The notes under the pieces: generated by a model
Database searches by the model: none
What the model was told of the DNA's origin: nothing
What the model saw: the letters and a program-made list of their open reading frames with translations, nothing else
Shown: one piece after another, positions 1-14,049 of the stretch
Layout: the number at the start of each line of letters is the position of its first letter
Numbering within the stretch: the stretch's first letter is position 1
Assembly: GCA_951406725.2 (NCBI GenBank)
Contig: OX597823.1
Coordinates: 76,198,001 to 76,262,000, forward strand
Length of the DNA: 64,000 nt
Direction of reading: 5' to 3'
Source of the DNA: Octopus vulgaris
Taxonomy: Eukaryota
Position numbers and translations under genes: made by a program

Positions 1-122
1 GACAGCTCGTCGCTTTATTTTTGTCTAACATGTTTCAAGAAAATAACAATTTCTTCTTTCAATCAAGTTGTCGAGAAAAGGAACAGTAACGGCTATAAAA
101 GAGGTATTTTCTATTATTTATA

Positions 123-535
123 GGCGTAGAAGTGGCTGTGTGGTAAGTAGCTTGCTTACCAGCCAAATGGTTTCGGGTTCAGTCCCATTGCGTGGCACCT
201 TGGGCAAGTGTCTTCTACTATAGCCTCGGGCCGACCAAAGCCTTGTGAGTGGATTTGGTAGTCGGAAACGGAAAGAGGCCTGTCGTATATATGTATATGT
301 ATACATGTGTGCGTGTGTGCATTTATGTGTCTGTGTTAATCCGCCCAAAATCGCTTGACATCTGATGCTGGTGTGTTTACGTCCCCGTAAGTTAGCGGTT
401 CGGCAAAAGAGACCAATAGAATAAGTAGTAGGCTTACAAAGAATAAGTCCTAGGGTCGATTTGCTCAACTAAAGGTGGTGCTCCAGCATAGCCGCACTCA
501 AATGACTGAAACAAGTAAAAGAGTAAAAGAGTCAA
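123..535 (+). mobile_element. tRNA-derived SINE, local family A (CORE-like)
   Basis: A-box TGGCTGTGTGG, B-box GGTTCAGTCCC, CORE-like GGCACCTTGGGCAAGTG, internal (TA/TG)n, (GAGTAAAA)n tail; many related copies in the window. Confidence 0.85.
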
Positions 536-1099
536 AAGAGACCCAGAGTAAATTAGCTATGATAGAAATTAAATAATTTAAATGTAGGAAGACAAGGAGG
601 ATATGATTTTCATTGAGTGTCACTGAGGAGTTTGAACATCTGAACATAGATTCTTGATAACCGAGTATAAACTTCGTTGTTATTAAATCCGGAGTCAGAT
701 CTGATCCAGCAACGACTAAAAGACAGTCTAGCTTTGCCCGTTGTGCGTCTGACCGATCAGTATATCTGAAACTGTATTATCCAAAGAGCCCCTACTTTTT
801 TAAAGCCAGTAGTGTGTGATTTCATGGAAATGTGGGCAATGGATACAAATCAACACATTTCCCCCTGCAATAGAAAAAAGTGTTACAAACGCTGGAATGA
901 GATGAAAGTGTCGTCTTGCCAAATTATACAGTTTGGTGGGTTACAAGAAAAACTATATTGGTTTGAGAACATCGTTTTCTTGGTCTGCCGAAAAAGGCAT
1001 TTTTTTCCAAATACGCCAGCTAAACTAAGTTGTACTGTCTATAGTCGTAAGACACCCGCTGTTTTTGTCCTGTTATTACTACTATTGCTTTTTGCATTT

Positions 1100-1345
1100 A
1101 TATTCGTGTGGCATCGTCCGTTTTTCTGTCGCTGTTTCCTATACATTCGATACTTTTTCCAAGAACTCTAATGCTCGTAGCTTAGTTTTTCCTTGGGGCT
1201 GGCCGGATCGGAGCGATCTCAAGATTAATCAGCCGAAATTGTGAGGATGATCCGGTTCTTGACTGAAGATTGAAGGCTTCGAATGTCCCGTCCGTGTTTT
1301 TTGTATCGTCTTCTAAATTTTTTACGTTCTTGTCCCAGTTTGTAT
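1100..1345 (+). mobile_element. Short (TA)n-flanked interspersed repeat, possibly Penelope-derived
   Basis: Reverse-complement similarity to 2820-3050 (e.g. CTAATGCTCGTAGCTTAGTTTTTCCTTGG vs CCAAGGAAAAGCTAAGCTAAGAGCATTAG). Confidence 0.55.
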
Positions 1346-1351
1346 CTTTTT

Positions 1352-1428
1352 ACATATATATATATATATCAAGAGAGAGGGGGAGAGGGTGGAGGGGAGA
1401 GAGGGAGAGAGAGATAGACATTTAGGTT

Positions 1429-1465
<37 letters not shown>

Positions 1466-2019
1466 AACGTTGAGAAGAAAGACAGGCAGACAGATATTTG
1501 CATATAGTTGTACACACACACACACATACACACACACACATACACACACATGAACATAGATACACATATATATGACCATCACGAAATATAGCAATATATA
1601 TATGTGGGGGGGGTGCGCGTGCGACTATGTGTTTGCGTGTGTGTGTTGTGTGTATGCATACATACATACATATATATATATATATTTGAAAATATTATAC
1701 ATATATATATATATATATTGGCATTATCACATGCATATATATTAATAATATTTATAATACGAATAAAGAACCACCGCTTTTGTGAAATCTGGAAAAATAT
1801 ACACACTTTCTATTCTCTAATTATCTTTGCAGCTCGTTTGAGTCCCCCCTCGAAGTTTCAGTTTCTTTGATCTTTGATCTGAGAATTAATCTACTATATA
1901 CATTCATAATACATACATGCATACATACATACATACATACATACATACATACATACATACATACATACATACATACATACATACATACATACATACATAC
2001 ATGCATACATACATACATA
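1352..2019. repeat. Compound microsatellites (TA)n,(GA)n,(GATA)n,(CA)n,(TACA)n
   Basis: Directly visible. Confidence 0.95.
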
Positions 2020-2429
2020 AACAGTGAAATAATAAATAAGAAAAAATTATACAACTAAGAAAAACATCAAAAGCTTAGTTATTACTACCACCTGAAAAAT
2101 GTAAATTCTTTTCATGCTGCGAGACAGATCGATATTAATTTTATTCTCTACCACAGAGTTGTTTAAAATCAGCAATTAAGCAGATTTAAACAGACATATC
2201 AACACGCTCTTTTACACGATCTTAATATTCATTATGACAATTTTGCTTCTGTTTCTGTTTTTTTTTTTTTTGCTTTTTGTGTTATCTTCAATTGTAACTT
2301 TTGAAATAACTACAATATTCCCGCAGTTGGTATATGAAATACAAAAGAACTGCTTCTGAAGCAAGAATTGCACATCGGTTAACACTTGGTCTCTTGAAGA
2401 ATCAGAGCAATATTTTTTTTCTTAAATAG

Positions 2430-2590
2430 CTGCGGGCGTTGCTGTGTGGTGAGACATTTGCGCCCCAACCATATGGTTCCGGAATCAGTGTCACTATGGG
2501 GCACCATGAGTAAGTCTCTGCTGCTGTAGCCTCAGACCGACCAAAGACTTGTGAGTAGATTTGGAAGACGGAAACTGAAAGAATCCCCTC

Positions 2591-2592
<2 letters not shown>
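2430..2592 (+). mobile_element. SINE family A, diverged 5' part
   Basis: GCTGTGTGGT...GACCAAAGACTTGTGAGTAGATTTGG...GGAAACTGAAAGAA matches 123-535. Confidence 0.7.
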
Positions 2593-2640
<48 letters not shown>

Positions 2641-2761
2641 GCACGCACACACATATATATGACAAATAGAAGTTGAAAATGCACTGAGAATAACTAAATA
2701 TTTTAGCTATTCTCAGTGCATGTTGACAACCTTTATTTTTTCCTGGAATAAAATGACTTTG

Positions 2762-2819
<58 letters not shown>

Positions 2820-2821
<2 letters not shown>

Positions 2822-3200
2822 GGGACAAGAGCGAAAAACATCCAGATAGAAAAAAAAGGAAGAACAAAACATCCAGATAGACGATACAAAGAAACGAGGA
2901 GGGGTCATTCGGAGTTTTCTTTTCTCAGTCGAGTTCCAGGATAAATTTGCAATTTCTGCTGGTTATACTCAAGGTTGCTTCAATCTGGCAAGCGCCAAGG
3001 AAAAGCTAAGCTAAGAGCATTAGATTCCTTGGAAGAAAGCAGCGAATGTATACGAAAAAACGGTGAATGTTACACAAATACAAATAACAGGATATAACAA
3101 CAGGTGTCTTTCGGCTAAGGACGATTTAAATCAAGCTGGCGTATGTGGAAATAAAGCCTTACGGCAGGGAGACAAGATTTCACAGGCACAGAGATGAATA
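2820..3200 (-). mobile_element. Short (TA)n-flanked repeat, same family as 1100-1345
   Basis: Inverted diverged copy abutting a (TA)n tract. Confidence 0.55.
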
Positions 3201-3427
3201 CATACATGTAGGTATGTATGTATTTGTCTTTCTGCCTGCGTTTGTCCCCCACCACTGCTTGACCAACGGTGTTGTGTTTATATCCCAGTATTCTAGCAAT
3301 ATGGTAGAATAAGTACTGGCGTCGATTTGTCCGACTAAAATTCTTCAAAGTGGTACCTAGGCAGGCCTGCAATCTAATGACGGAAAAATTTAAAGGATAA
3401 AAAGTTTAAAGGATAAAATAGGTGCAG

Positions 3428-3790
3428 ACGTAGGAGTGGCTGTGTGGTAAGTAGCTTGCTTATCAACCACATGGTTCCGGGTTCAGTACCACTGCATGGC
3501 ACCTTGGGCAAGTATCTTCTACTATCGCCTCGGGCCGACCAAAGCCTTGTGAGTGGATTTGGTAGACGGAAACTGAAAGAAGCCCGTCGTATATATGTGT
3601 GTTTGTGTGTCTGTGTTTGTCCCTCCAACATCGCTTGACAACCTATGCGGTTCGGCAAAAGAGACCGATAGAATAAGTACTAGGCTTACAAAGAATAAGT
3701 CCTGTGGTCAATTTGCTCGACTAAAGGCGGTGCTCCAGCATGGTCACACTCACGTGACTGAAACAAATGAAAGAGTAAAAGAGTAAAGAG
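3428..3790 (+). mobile_element. SINE family A
   Basis: Near full-length match to 123-535. Confidence 0.85.
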
Positions 3791-4505
3791 TATGTCCAAT
3801 CAGGTCAGAACAATATTATACGTTCATAAGCCTATGCTCTACCTTTGATGTACACGTCTATACTGTCATACGTCGTAATTTGACATTCATCTATATAATA
3901 TGATTGTTGATATCTTCTCTTATTGTTTAACAGCATTTAGCGGCTGATTGCAGACAACGTGACTGTGAATAGAATTAATAGTGTTCTGTGATTAATAGCA
4001 TCAAATGCTTTGGATTTTGTAAAATGACCGATGTTCGCTTCGAATTGTATAGGTGGAGATCAGGCAGCAAAAACAGCAAAAAAATCGTTTGACAGTTGCA
4101 AGTATCAGTTTGTACTGGTCTGTATTAGAAACAGAACTTAAAATGTCCCTGAATAGATATAAAGATACATGTTAAGTTCAACTGAATGTAAAATAGAAAG
4201 ATACATGATAAAGCGACACTTTCAATGATGAACCTATTTGGGTGTGATTTATTATGTGCATAAAATAATAATATACTTATTTATATCATTATATTAAGGG
4301 AACAAGAGCGAAAACGGCCTATCTCCAGCATGCTTGAAGTGACGATACCTTCCAAAAACTACCAAAAACTCCAAATAAATATGTACATGGCAGAAAGCAG
4401 GCTAGTGAAAGAATATTAAAAAGACCTCACGCTAATTGTGAATTGGCCCCTTGCTCCCTTTATATAATTATATACCTATGTGTATTATTATTAATGTAAT
4501 GCTTG

Positions 4506-4546
<41 letters not shown>

Positions 4547-4582
4547 AATGATTTGCCTAATAGTGGTTTTATCTCTAATTTA

Positions 4583-4640
<58 letters not shown>

Positions 4641-4649
4641 TATGATAGA

Positions 4650-5550
4650 CAAGGAGGTACCCAAAAGAAACCAGGATTTCGCAATATTATTTTATTCACT
4701 TAGTTTTATGTTTACCTTTTTATCGCTTTAAAAGTATTCTCCATTTGAGGCAATACACCGGTCCAGACGCGTTTTCCACTATTCATGCTGGGACTCTTAC
4801 GAAATGATGCCTTTTAACGCCCCCGTGATTTTTCCTTCACCTCTTCCACATTTGTACATTCCGTACCACCAGCGTAGGTCACCAGTGATAAGCTTCGAAA
4901 AGAGGTCCGATCAACTTCCAGCTGTTCTTTCAGTTCACGACAAGCATTCAGCTGTAATTGTTTTTGATCTTCCGTGAGCAAGCGAGGCGCAAATGCCGCT
5001 GCAACTCTTTACATTCGCAATTCCTCGCTCAAAATTCGTTGAAGAGGAGCTCCGGGACACGCCAATCATATCAACAAGTTTCAGGTAACGCCTCCAAAAT
5101 CAGTTCACGAATTTTCGTGATATTTTCATTCATTCGGGTGGCTGACGGTCGTTCTGAATGAGGTTTATTTTCAAGCGACAATTGACCATTCCTAAAGCGT
5201 AGAAACCACTTGTAAAGTTCTGTTTTGCTCATGGTAGCGTCTTTGTAAGCTGCTTGAAGCATGACAACTGTTTCGGCCGCTGTTTTCCCCAGCAGCAAAC
5301 AGAAATTCACGGAAGCAGGCTGTCCCTCTTCGTTTCAGCCATCGAAAAAATCGACGAACCGAGGGAGGAAAAGCACTGTAAAACAAAGTCACAAAGTCGC
5401 ACCACGTGACAATAAGACTACGAACGTCGACACCGGTCGGCAGACTGATGCCTGAGGATCACACACAGTAGCTTCTGGCGGCGGAATTCTGACCTACTAA
5501 GGACTTGTCCCACAAAGAACGTTTCTATTTACTTTTGGGCACCCTCTCGT
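4650..5550 (-). mobile_element. Internally deleted mariner transposon
   Basis: Imperfect TIRs (GGTACCCAAAAG / CTTTTGGGCACC); fragment FCLLLGKTAAETVVML...YKWFLRFRNG resembles the mariner N-terminal HTH; flanked by (TA)n. Confidence 0.8.
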
Positions 5551-6021
5551 TTATATATATATCTATAACGACCCTGCATGTTTGTTTTCGTTCGGTTTCC
5601 TTTTTTGCCTCCACTGTCCTGCTTTTGTTCCCAGCTTTGACCGTTCCATAAATCATAAATTTTATTTTGGAATTTATGGAAGCAACTGTCTTAGAAGACT
5701 CATATTGTCGTTGAATGCTCGAAATGAAGAGTAGACGTGCAGCCGACAACTGATGAAGGGTTTTTCTCTGTGTTTACTTGTCCTGTTTTCCATTTGTTTC
5801 CCTTACTGTTTGTGTATTTAACTCCTTAATTTTCATATTTCATGTTGTTTGCACATATGGTAACATCCTGTACCCATATATGCATATATATATATATATA
5901 TATATATTAACAATCGTACTGACTTTCATGGTAAGCATGTATTTTCGTGGTTGAAACCTTTTGGATTAACTGGTGCTAGAGTGAGCAATATAGTGACCAC
6001 TCTCTTATATTTATTTTATAT

Positions 6022-6065
<44 letters not shown>

Positions 6066-6599
6066 GTATATCATTTAAATGCTGGGTATATAAAATTATA
6101 TTTATCTTTCACAGGAAGGAGTAGTGTTTAGTTGATCCAAAATATAACGGGATAGTAATAGATGCATAGGCATGTGTGTTTTTGTGCATGTCTGTTTTTG
6201 TGCATGTTTGCACTTGAGAACTGATGAACTGTTTAAATTCGTCCACTACTTTTTTTATCTATTTTTTTCTGTGAACGTCTTTTTAGTCCGTCTTAAAATA
6301 CGCTATCGGAGTATATTATGATTTGAGTAAGTTTTGACTGTTGCTTCTTTCAAACTAATGTTCATTGTCTTGTAAGTATGCAGTATAGGTTAATCACATT
6401 ATTTTCAGATTTTTCTAAAAAGAAATGGTGGAAAAATTACGGTATACCTGTTACGTCTCAATGTTGAACACCGAGGATAGTATTGGCTCCACTGTGGCTA
6501 ACTTTTGCCAAGTGTATTCTATATTCATGTATTTCTGATAAATATAGCAACAAACTTGTGAAAAGTCAATTATCAACCATGGCGTAAAGAAAGGAAGTA

Positions 6600-6693
6600 T
6601 TATGTGTGCAAGTGTAAGTTTATATACATAGGTATGTGTTTGTGTACATATATACGCGTGCAAGTGTGTGTATGCATGTATGAATGTACGTAC

Positions 6694-6726
<33 letters not shown>

Positions 6727-6739
6727 TGTATATATATAC

Positions 6740-6790
<51 letters not shown>

Positions 6791-7116
6791 TGTATATATA
6801 TACATTTATATATATATATGTATATGTATATATATATATACACAAACAAATACATATGATTCAGCTCTCTGTGTTTTGCTCGTGGTCTCATGGTCTCGGT
6901 ATTCATGTGTTACTCGGGAATGGAGTTTATATAGATCTATGCATGCGTGTATACATATACACATACCTTCAAAAAGAGAACAGAGAAGTATATATAGATA
7001 TTCACAAGTCTATGTACACAAGTACACGTAAATATATTTACATATATGTGTGTGTGTGCGTGCGTGTGTGTGTGTGTTTATGTATCTGTGTATATGTATA
7101 TTTATATGTGTGTGAG

Positions 7117-7147
<31 letters not shown>

Positions 7148-7340
7148 TCACATATATATGCATATATTTACATATATAAACTTTGAAATATGTATGCATA
7201 TACTGTCCGAGTCCTTTTTCAAGAAGAAGCTGACAGATACATATTTAGAAACATACTCCATATATATATATATATATATTTGTGTGTGTGTGTGTGTGTT
7301 TGTGTGTTTGTGTGTGTGTGTGTTTACACGTGTGTTTGTG
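6600..7340. repeat. Compound (TA)n/(TG)n microsatellite region
   Basis: Directly visible. Confidence 0.95.
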
Positions 7341-10300
7341 CACTTGTCTGCATATGTATGAACACATCCAAACGTATATGAATGTGTATGTAGATATATA
7401 TGAGTTGATGATGAATGTTTTGTTGTGTACAACACAATTTCCAGTGAGCTACTCCGCTCATTATATTCTATCTCTGATGAAGCAGGGTTTCTTCATAGGG
7501 AAGTAATTATAGTACTGGAGATGCAACATTACCAACATTTCTTTGCGATATTTATTCTATTTGCAAATCCACCAAGACAAGAAAATTTGCTTAGATGCCA
7601 AATATTCTGCATGAACAAATCTGGTTCGCATTGTAGGAAAAAGTTGACAGAGATTATCAAAAAGGTTTTAGCTTGGCAGACTGTGACAAGTTTTGAAGAA
7701 AAATTACTTGCCTAAAGTAGATTTGATATCATAACTATACGACCAATAACCTAGTATATTAATTTTACGATAGCTATACCTTCATTATATTTATATAGCT
7801 TTATTGTATAACATATAATACGAGATCCGTTCTGTTGGTTATTCTCTTTTACTTTGTTTGCAACAGAGAATCTTGTTTGATTTTATTCCTTTTTAACACG
7901 CTATTTCTAAAGTACGGCTGACTTACTTTACCAAGCTGCTCTACATGATATCTAATATATGCCACTGGAATGCTTTTGATCACATGTCTGCAGAAACATG
8001 TTTAATCTAGATCTAACACCAAGATATTGAAACTTCCAATAGAAATCCAAGAAAATATTAAGAGAAAAGGGTTTGTTTTGTTTTATTTTTGTTTTGTTTT
8101 TCACTTTGCAAAATACAAAAGAGAGTGGATGTCAAAGGCAGTAGAAATATATTGTCATGTTATGTGGTTTAACCCTTTTGTTAGCATATTTCTGTCAATA
8201 TACGCAGCCTCTGTTTGAATTCATTTTGAAAACAATGGCGCACTTAGCAATATCACTTTGTGATTTTTACGTTTTTGTTTGCAACATAAATTGTCATAAA
8301 ATTTTGATTAAAAATCTTAATTTAAACCCCTTTTAAAACACGACGTTTTGTATCGGAGAACCATAGAATGTCTCTGACAGGTTGGTGTCGAAATTGTCAA
8401 GTTCAAGTCTCGAGGATAATGGGATGCCCTCTATTACTCAGTCCATTTTCTCTTTCGAAAACAAATACCTGAACGATACAAGTTTCAATGTCAATTATTG
8501 TATTCATGCTTAAAATACAGGATATATTTTACTGGGCAAGCTACATGCTTGCAATATGACGGTTTAGACAATTGTTATAAAAGTGTACAACTTATAATCA
8601 TTCTAATTATAGAAATAAGGATAATCAAACCAATTAGATATCTAACTTGGCTACGTACAATAAATTTTATTGTGATGATGTAGATTAGTAGTTTTCGACA
8701 ATTTTTTGATCTACGGTGAATTGAATACGACATTACTAGTGTAACTGCACTTTATGTAAAAAACTAACATCTGAATTATTTTAAAATAGAGACTAGTGTA
8801 GGCATTATATTTTGCTGTGATGAATACATCTGCACAGATGTAGAGTTTTAATAAAAATCATGTTTCTTAAGTATCCTGGCATTTTGCGATTTACCTCAAA
8901 ACTTTGTGGGGCATCTGCTGACCACAAGCTCCACGTAGGTGTGACGTAACAGCGCAGTGATTGAAAATATCTAGTCTAGAGTTTAGTGACATTGCAATTA
9001 GTGATATTTTAACTTGCTTATCCATATCTTTTAAAGCATTTCCTCGTGACTATGTGAAATGGAATTAATACAAAAACTTAGAATTACTTTAAATTTGATT
9101 TGTTTAATATTTCAAGAATCAATGACAAGGAGATTGAATTTTTAAAAGACATGACTCTCAAGCAATTATGATTCTCATTTAAAAACGCTTCGCTTCACTT
9201 TTGCAGCCAATGCCCTTGGAAATACATGAACAATAAAAGAAGTGTGAGTTTGTGCCGAATTTAGAAATCAATATTGGTTATTTTTTTGTCTTTTTGTCTT
9301 TTCTCAAAAACAATTTCTTACTGTTGACTAGCTATACAACCAAATTTTGTAGGAGGGGTGAAACGGCAAAGAAAATTTCCTCGTATGTATTATCCAAATA
9401 ATACATAAGCGAGAAGGTGAAAATAACTGAGATGCTAAAGCACTGGACAATCAATGGAGAGAAAAATAGTTTATATCTTGGTCCCAAAATAGCTTTAGCT
9501 ATAGACAAATGTAGAGAGATGTTGTTACCAGCTCGACACGGTATCTATAGCCAAACACAAAGCGATATTATCATCAGCATGGTATTTTATCTGTCGCCAA
9601 TCATAGTGTTATCATCTCCAGCGCAGCATCGTATCTGTAGTCAAGTATAGTTATGTAATTCACTACCTTTACACAGTACCAGAGACCTAAGTTTATTTGG
9701 TTTATTTTGGTTTACTAAGTTAAAATTTCCCATCTGAACATCTAAACGCAATAGAAAATAAATTCCCTTATTATCAGAAAGGTTTTTCCTTTGACCTTTC
9801 CAAAAAACTGGCTCAACATATTTGAAATGTCCATAAAAGAAAATAATGTATATCATAAAAGCTGTGCTTCATTACTCGTCCGTCACACTCTCTTCAGATC
9901 AAAATGATATATAAGTAAAGTGTTTAGACAAACGAAATGAAAAAACAGTGAATTTATACAATTTATTTGTCGAAATCACATATCAAAAATTGCCTGAGAA
10001 TCATATCTTTTAAAAAGGTTGAAGTTTATTTTTGGTCAAATTGTATTTCCCCCGCAATCATTGGAATGAAATAATCATTGCCACTTCCCTTTCAAACCCT
10101 GACTATTCAGCATTGCAATTATCTCAGTTTGCAAGATTTTTCACTTACATGAATTGTAAAGTAGGATCACGTCTTTCGTGATGCTTTCTATAATTTTAAT
10201 TGTAAGGCAAGTCGGATACATTTTCAGAATTTTTAAACTACACTTTCTTTCTAGCTAATTCGTCTAGAAGCAGTCTTTTGGCTGAGATCAAAATGATTAA

Positions 10301-10604
10301 CAGAAAACTTTCAAATCATTATGTATGCGTGCATACATACATACATATTCATACATACATGCATACCACCATATGTGTGTGTATGAGTCTATGTATGACC
10401 GTATGGAAAATGTTACGTATACATTATTATAAAAACTTACGGAGTTTGTATTGGAATTTTTCACCGTGAATATTTGTGTGTTTGTATACATAGATTTTCC
10501 AGTGTAACAATGAATAGATATGTATCTACCTATCTACCTACCTACACACATACACACACATACATACATAGATACATACATACATACATAGATGCATACA
10601 TACA

Positions 10605-10662
<58 letters not shown>

Positions 10663-11340
10663 GATTAACAACGGCAATGAAAAGTGAACTAGATAAACAA
10701 CTTCATATGGAAAAAGAAATCAATCACATCAGATAATGTGGCGCTCGTGTGTATTTAATGTAGTGTCTTTGATCTAAGGTAAATTAGGGTTGACTTGGAA
10801 CTCCACAGCAATAACAATACAATTAATCAAGAAGAAAAATATGATCACTGCTTCCACTGTCACCTTCAATATAAACACGAAACCAATATGACCAAGGCCA
10901 CACCCCCTATCAATTGACAACGACAATGTTAATACCAATATGATAACAATATATGTAGCTATATATGTTTTATGTCAACAGCGCTGATGGTGAGAAGATT
11001 GTGGGTTTTTTATGCCACACGTCAGACGTGTAAAAGTCGAAGTTCTTACGAACCTGCTAGCCCGTCAATTAACTGTAACCATATAGTACTTACTTATATC
11101 TCGCTCTTTCATTTTTTCATCAACTAATTTCCATTCTTTCACCCATAGAGTATGAGAACAGTTTTTGTTCATACATAACATTTTTTTTTTTTTGCAATAC
11201 ATACTTTTGTGGATATTTAATCGCTGGTGCTAGTTACAGTTTATTGATAATTTAAAATGTCTGGAAAGAAACAATCATGTAGAGTTGAAGATAGTAGTAA
11301 TATGGAAAGCAAACATATAAGAATTACACCAGTTACTAAA

Positions 11341-11604
11341 ACATAAATAAAATAAATGCGCCCTTTTAAAGCCTAGCCAGGCTCATTGGCCCGGTTTCCC
11401 GGTTTCCCTGGCGTATGTGTTCCCCAGCAGGATGAGATGACAGTCTATCGCAGCGTTACTCATTTTTACCAGCTGAGTGGACTGGAGCAACGTGAAATGT
11501 AGTGTTTTGCTCAAGAACACAACGCGTCGCCCGGTCCAGGAATCGAAACCACAATCTTACGATCATGATGCTGACATCCTAACCACTAAACCACGCGTTT
11601 CCAC
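11341..11604 (-). mobile_element. tRNA-derived SINE, local family C, with 14-bp TSD
   Basis: Minus-strand tRNA-like head (TAGTGGTTAGG...GGTTTCGATTCC), body GTGTTCTTGAGCAA...GTTGCTCCAGTCCACTCAGCTG; TSD CACCAGTTACTAAA at 11327-11340 and 11605-11618. Confidence 0.85.
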
Positions 11605-12736
11605 CACCAGTTACTAAACTTGGTATTTTAGATTTGAAGAGAGAGGAAAAGTTAACCACATTGCCAAAACATCAAAAGTCACCGCATCTACACTGAGAAA
11701 TATAAGTGAAAATAGACAGAAAATTCCTCAAACAGTTAATTGCTCAGGCCTTTAGTTTTCAGAAATTTAATGTGTTTCTACAAATGGAACGGTTTTTGGA
11801 TGCCTGAATCGAAAAATATACGACGTGGCTGCATCCGACCTTCACTAGTTCTCCACAAATGAAAAGTCAGCATCAAAGTCGGAAAAGTAGTGTAATTTGG
11901 CAAATAATTTAGTATTTGAAGAGGTCATAGAGGATGGTGCTTTTGTGTTGCTTATTGTTCCATAGAGAAATGTTACCAAAATAGGGGCCGATGCGGTTAG
12001 ACGAAGATGAGAAACTCCACCAAGCACACTTAAGTGCAAAAAATATTGCTAAAGGCTTAGTACTTCTAGGGAAATGTCTGTAAGTTATTATTGATAACAA
12101 CTCTAATCGTGAACATAACATAAATATTATAACAAGGGTTTACAATTAGCGAAGTTTCTACATTGAGCTGTAGAAAGTGACGATGCACCATAAACATTAG
12201 TTTTGGATAAGCTCTTGTTTGCCCCTTAAGTACATGATGATAATGAATTATGAGATAAAAGATAGTGTGCCTTATCCACTCTGTAACTTTCATTCTACAT
12301 ATATCCCCCAGACAGTTGTTAACATGGTTTTTGTTATTCCACTACGATATTACGGTTCTTATTTATTCCCTAACATATTTTAGTCTAAATGTTTTTATGT
12401 ATACATACTATACTGTACTGCGTATATTTAGACACTGTTATTTTCCTACATAAAGCTTGTGCTGCTCTTTTTTTTTTGTTTTTCGTATGCGTTGAAGGAA
12501 AACAGATAAAAACAGTAACGAGGAAGAAAAAAGTATTAAAAATAAGAACAACTATATTAAAATCTTTACTCAGAAAAACAATTTATTCTGCTGTAAACCT
12601 ATTTTGATTTGCTGAATGAAGATCCTTCCATGTCTAGAAATTATCTATTTAAAGCGTGTAAACTATTTTAGAAACACATGAAGTACAATAACAGAGAAAT
12701 TGTAAGCCATGAAATAATTCCTTAACGGAAAATACA

Positions 12737-13682
12737 ATAGTGGTGGGGCCATGATGCACCCCCCCCCCATCCTTGTGATTTGCTTTAATGGCTTCAAACA
12801 TGTTGTGAAAGAATGTGATGTTGCACAGATACCTGATCCAAGGCAGAGCTTCATCATAGAGGATGGAAAGGCAGTATTCCATTGCTTGTGTGAGATTCTA
12901 CAAACACTCGTCTCGTAATGTCTTAGGATCTGCTCTTCACCTGTCACCTGTCATATTTAGCACTGACATGTACAAGGAATACTCTGTAAAAGGTGTTGAA
13001 CGAAACAGACGAGGTGTTGGAGACGAACTCATCCTGAGTGGTGAGAAAACAAAACATTCGAAAGACTGGAAAGTCTTTCTTGCAAATAATGAGAACAAGA
13101 CACAGTCCGTTCAGCTTTTGCTCTCAACTTGGAGGAATGAGTTGTCTGCCGACATTCTCACTGCACATGAGATGGTACTAATATGTGAAGGAAAAGCTTA
13201 CCAGTTGATATTGAATGGACATAACACATTCTGTCAAGAAATACACTCTCTCGAATCTTCACAAGAAGAAACTGAGACCTATGTGATCCTGTATTGGAAG
13301 TCTGCTAAAGAACGGGGATGCAAATCCGTTCGCGTGAGGAGTCCCGATTCAGAAATTTTCCATCTTATTTCACCATGCTAGATCCCTGGAAAGACTTCAA
13401 ATTCTGGTGACATTTGCATGATCTTGACTAGGCAATAATTTTAAGTGATGATTTGAAATATTTTGGAGAGGAGATGCAAAGTTAGAGCTGTTTGAATTTT
13501 CTGCCTCCAGCTGTAAAAATGGGCGTGGTCAAAAAGTCCATGGGGGTATCTTCCATCCCGGTCTTTTTTTTTTTTTTTGCTGGCAACACCAATTTTCTAA
13601 CTTGTTAGACCCAGGGCAACATGAAAATACCCACTAGAATAAATCACAAGGGGGGGAGGCGCACCCTATCCCCCCCCACTAG
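12737..13682 (+). mobile_element. TIR element remnant with PIN/XPG-like nuclease fragment
   Basis: Imperfect ~45-bp inverted ends; frameshifted IIEDG..., DMY..SVK..ER.RR, FLAN.ENK, SQEETET, SPDSEI motifs. Confidence 0.6.
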
Positions 13683-13774
13683 TCCATGGCCTAGAAACTT
13701 TACATTTAACACTTTGATTATGGATGACAACGTTTTGACTAAGATATTTTACTTATATATTAGATTAATTCTGC

Positions 13775-14002
13775 GGACAGGCTGGAGCAACGCCTTTAGT
13801 CGAGCAAATCGACCCCAGGACTTCTTTGTAAGCCTAGTACTTATTCTATCGGTCTCTCTCGCCGAACCGCTAAGCGACGGGGACGTAAACACACCAGCAT
13901 CGGTTGTCAAGCGATATTGGGGAGACAAACACAGACACACGAACATATACATACACGCACACACACACACACACACACTTACACATACGCACACACACAC
14001 AT

Positions 14003-14049
<47 letters not shown>

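Noticed and set aside
1322-7506. Many ORFs rich in YI/CV/HT dipeptides
   Set aside because: Translations of microsatellites; no domains
8169-8400. piggyBac-like MITE starting TTAACCCTTT
   Set aside because: No convincing matching right end
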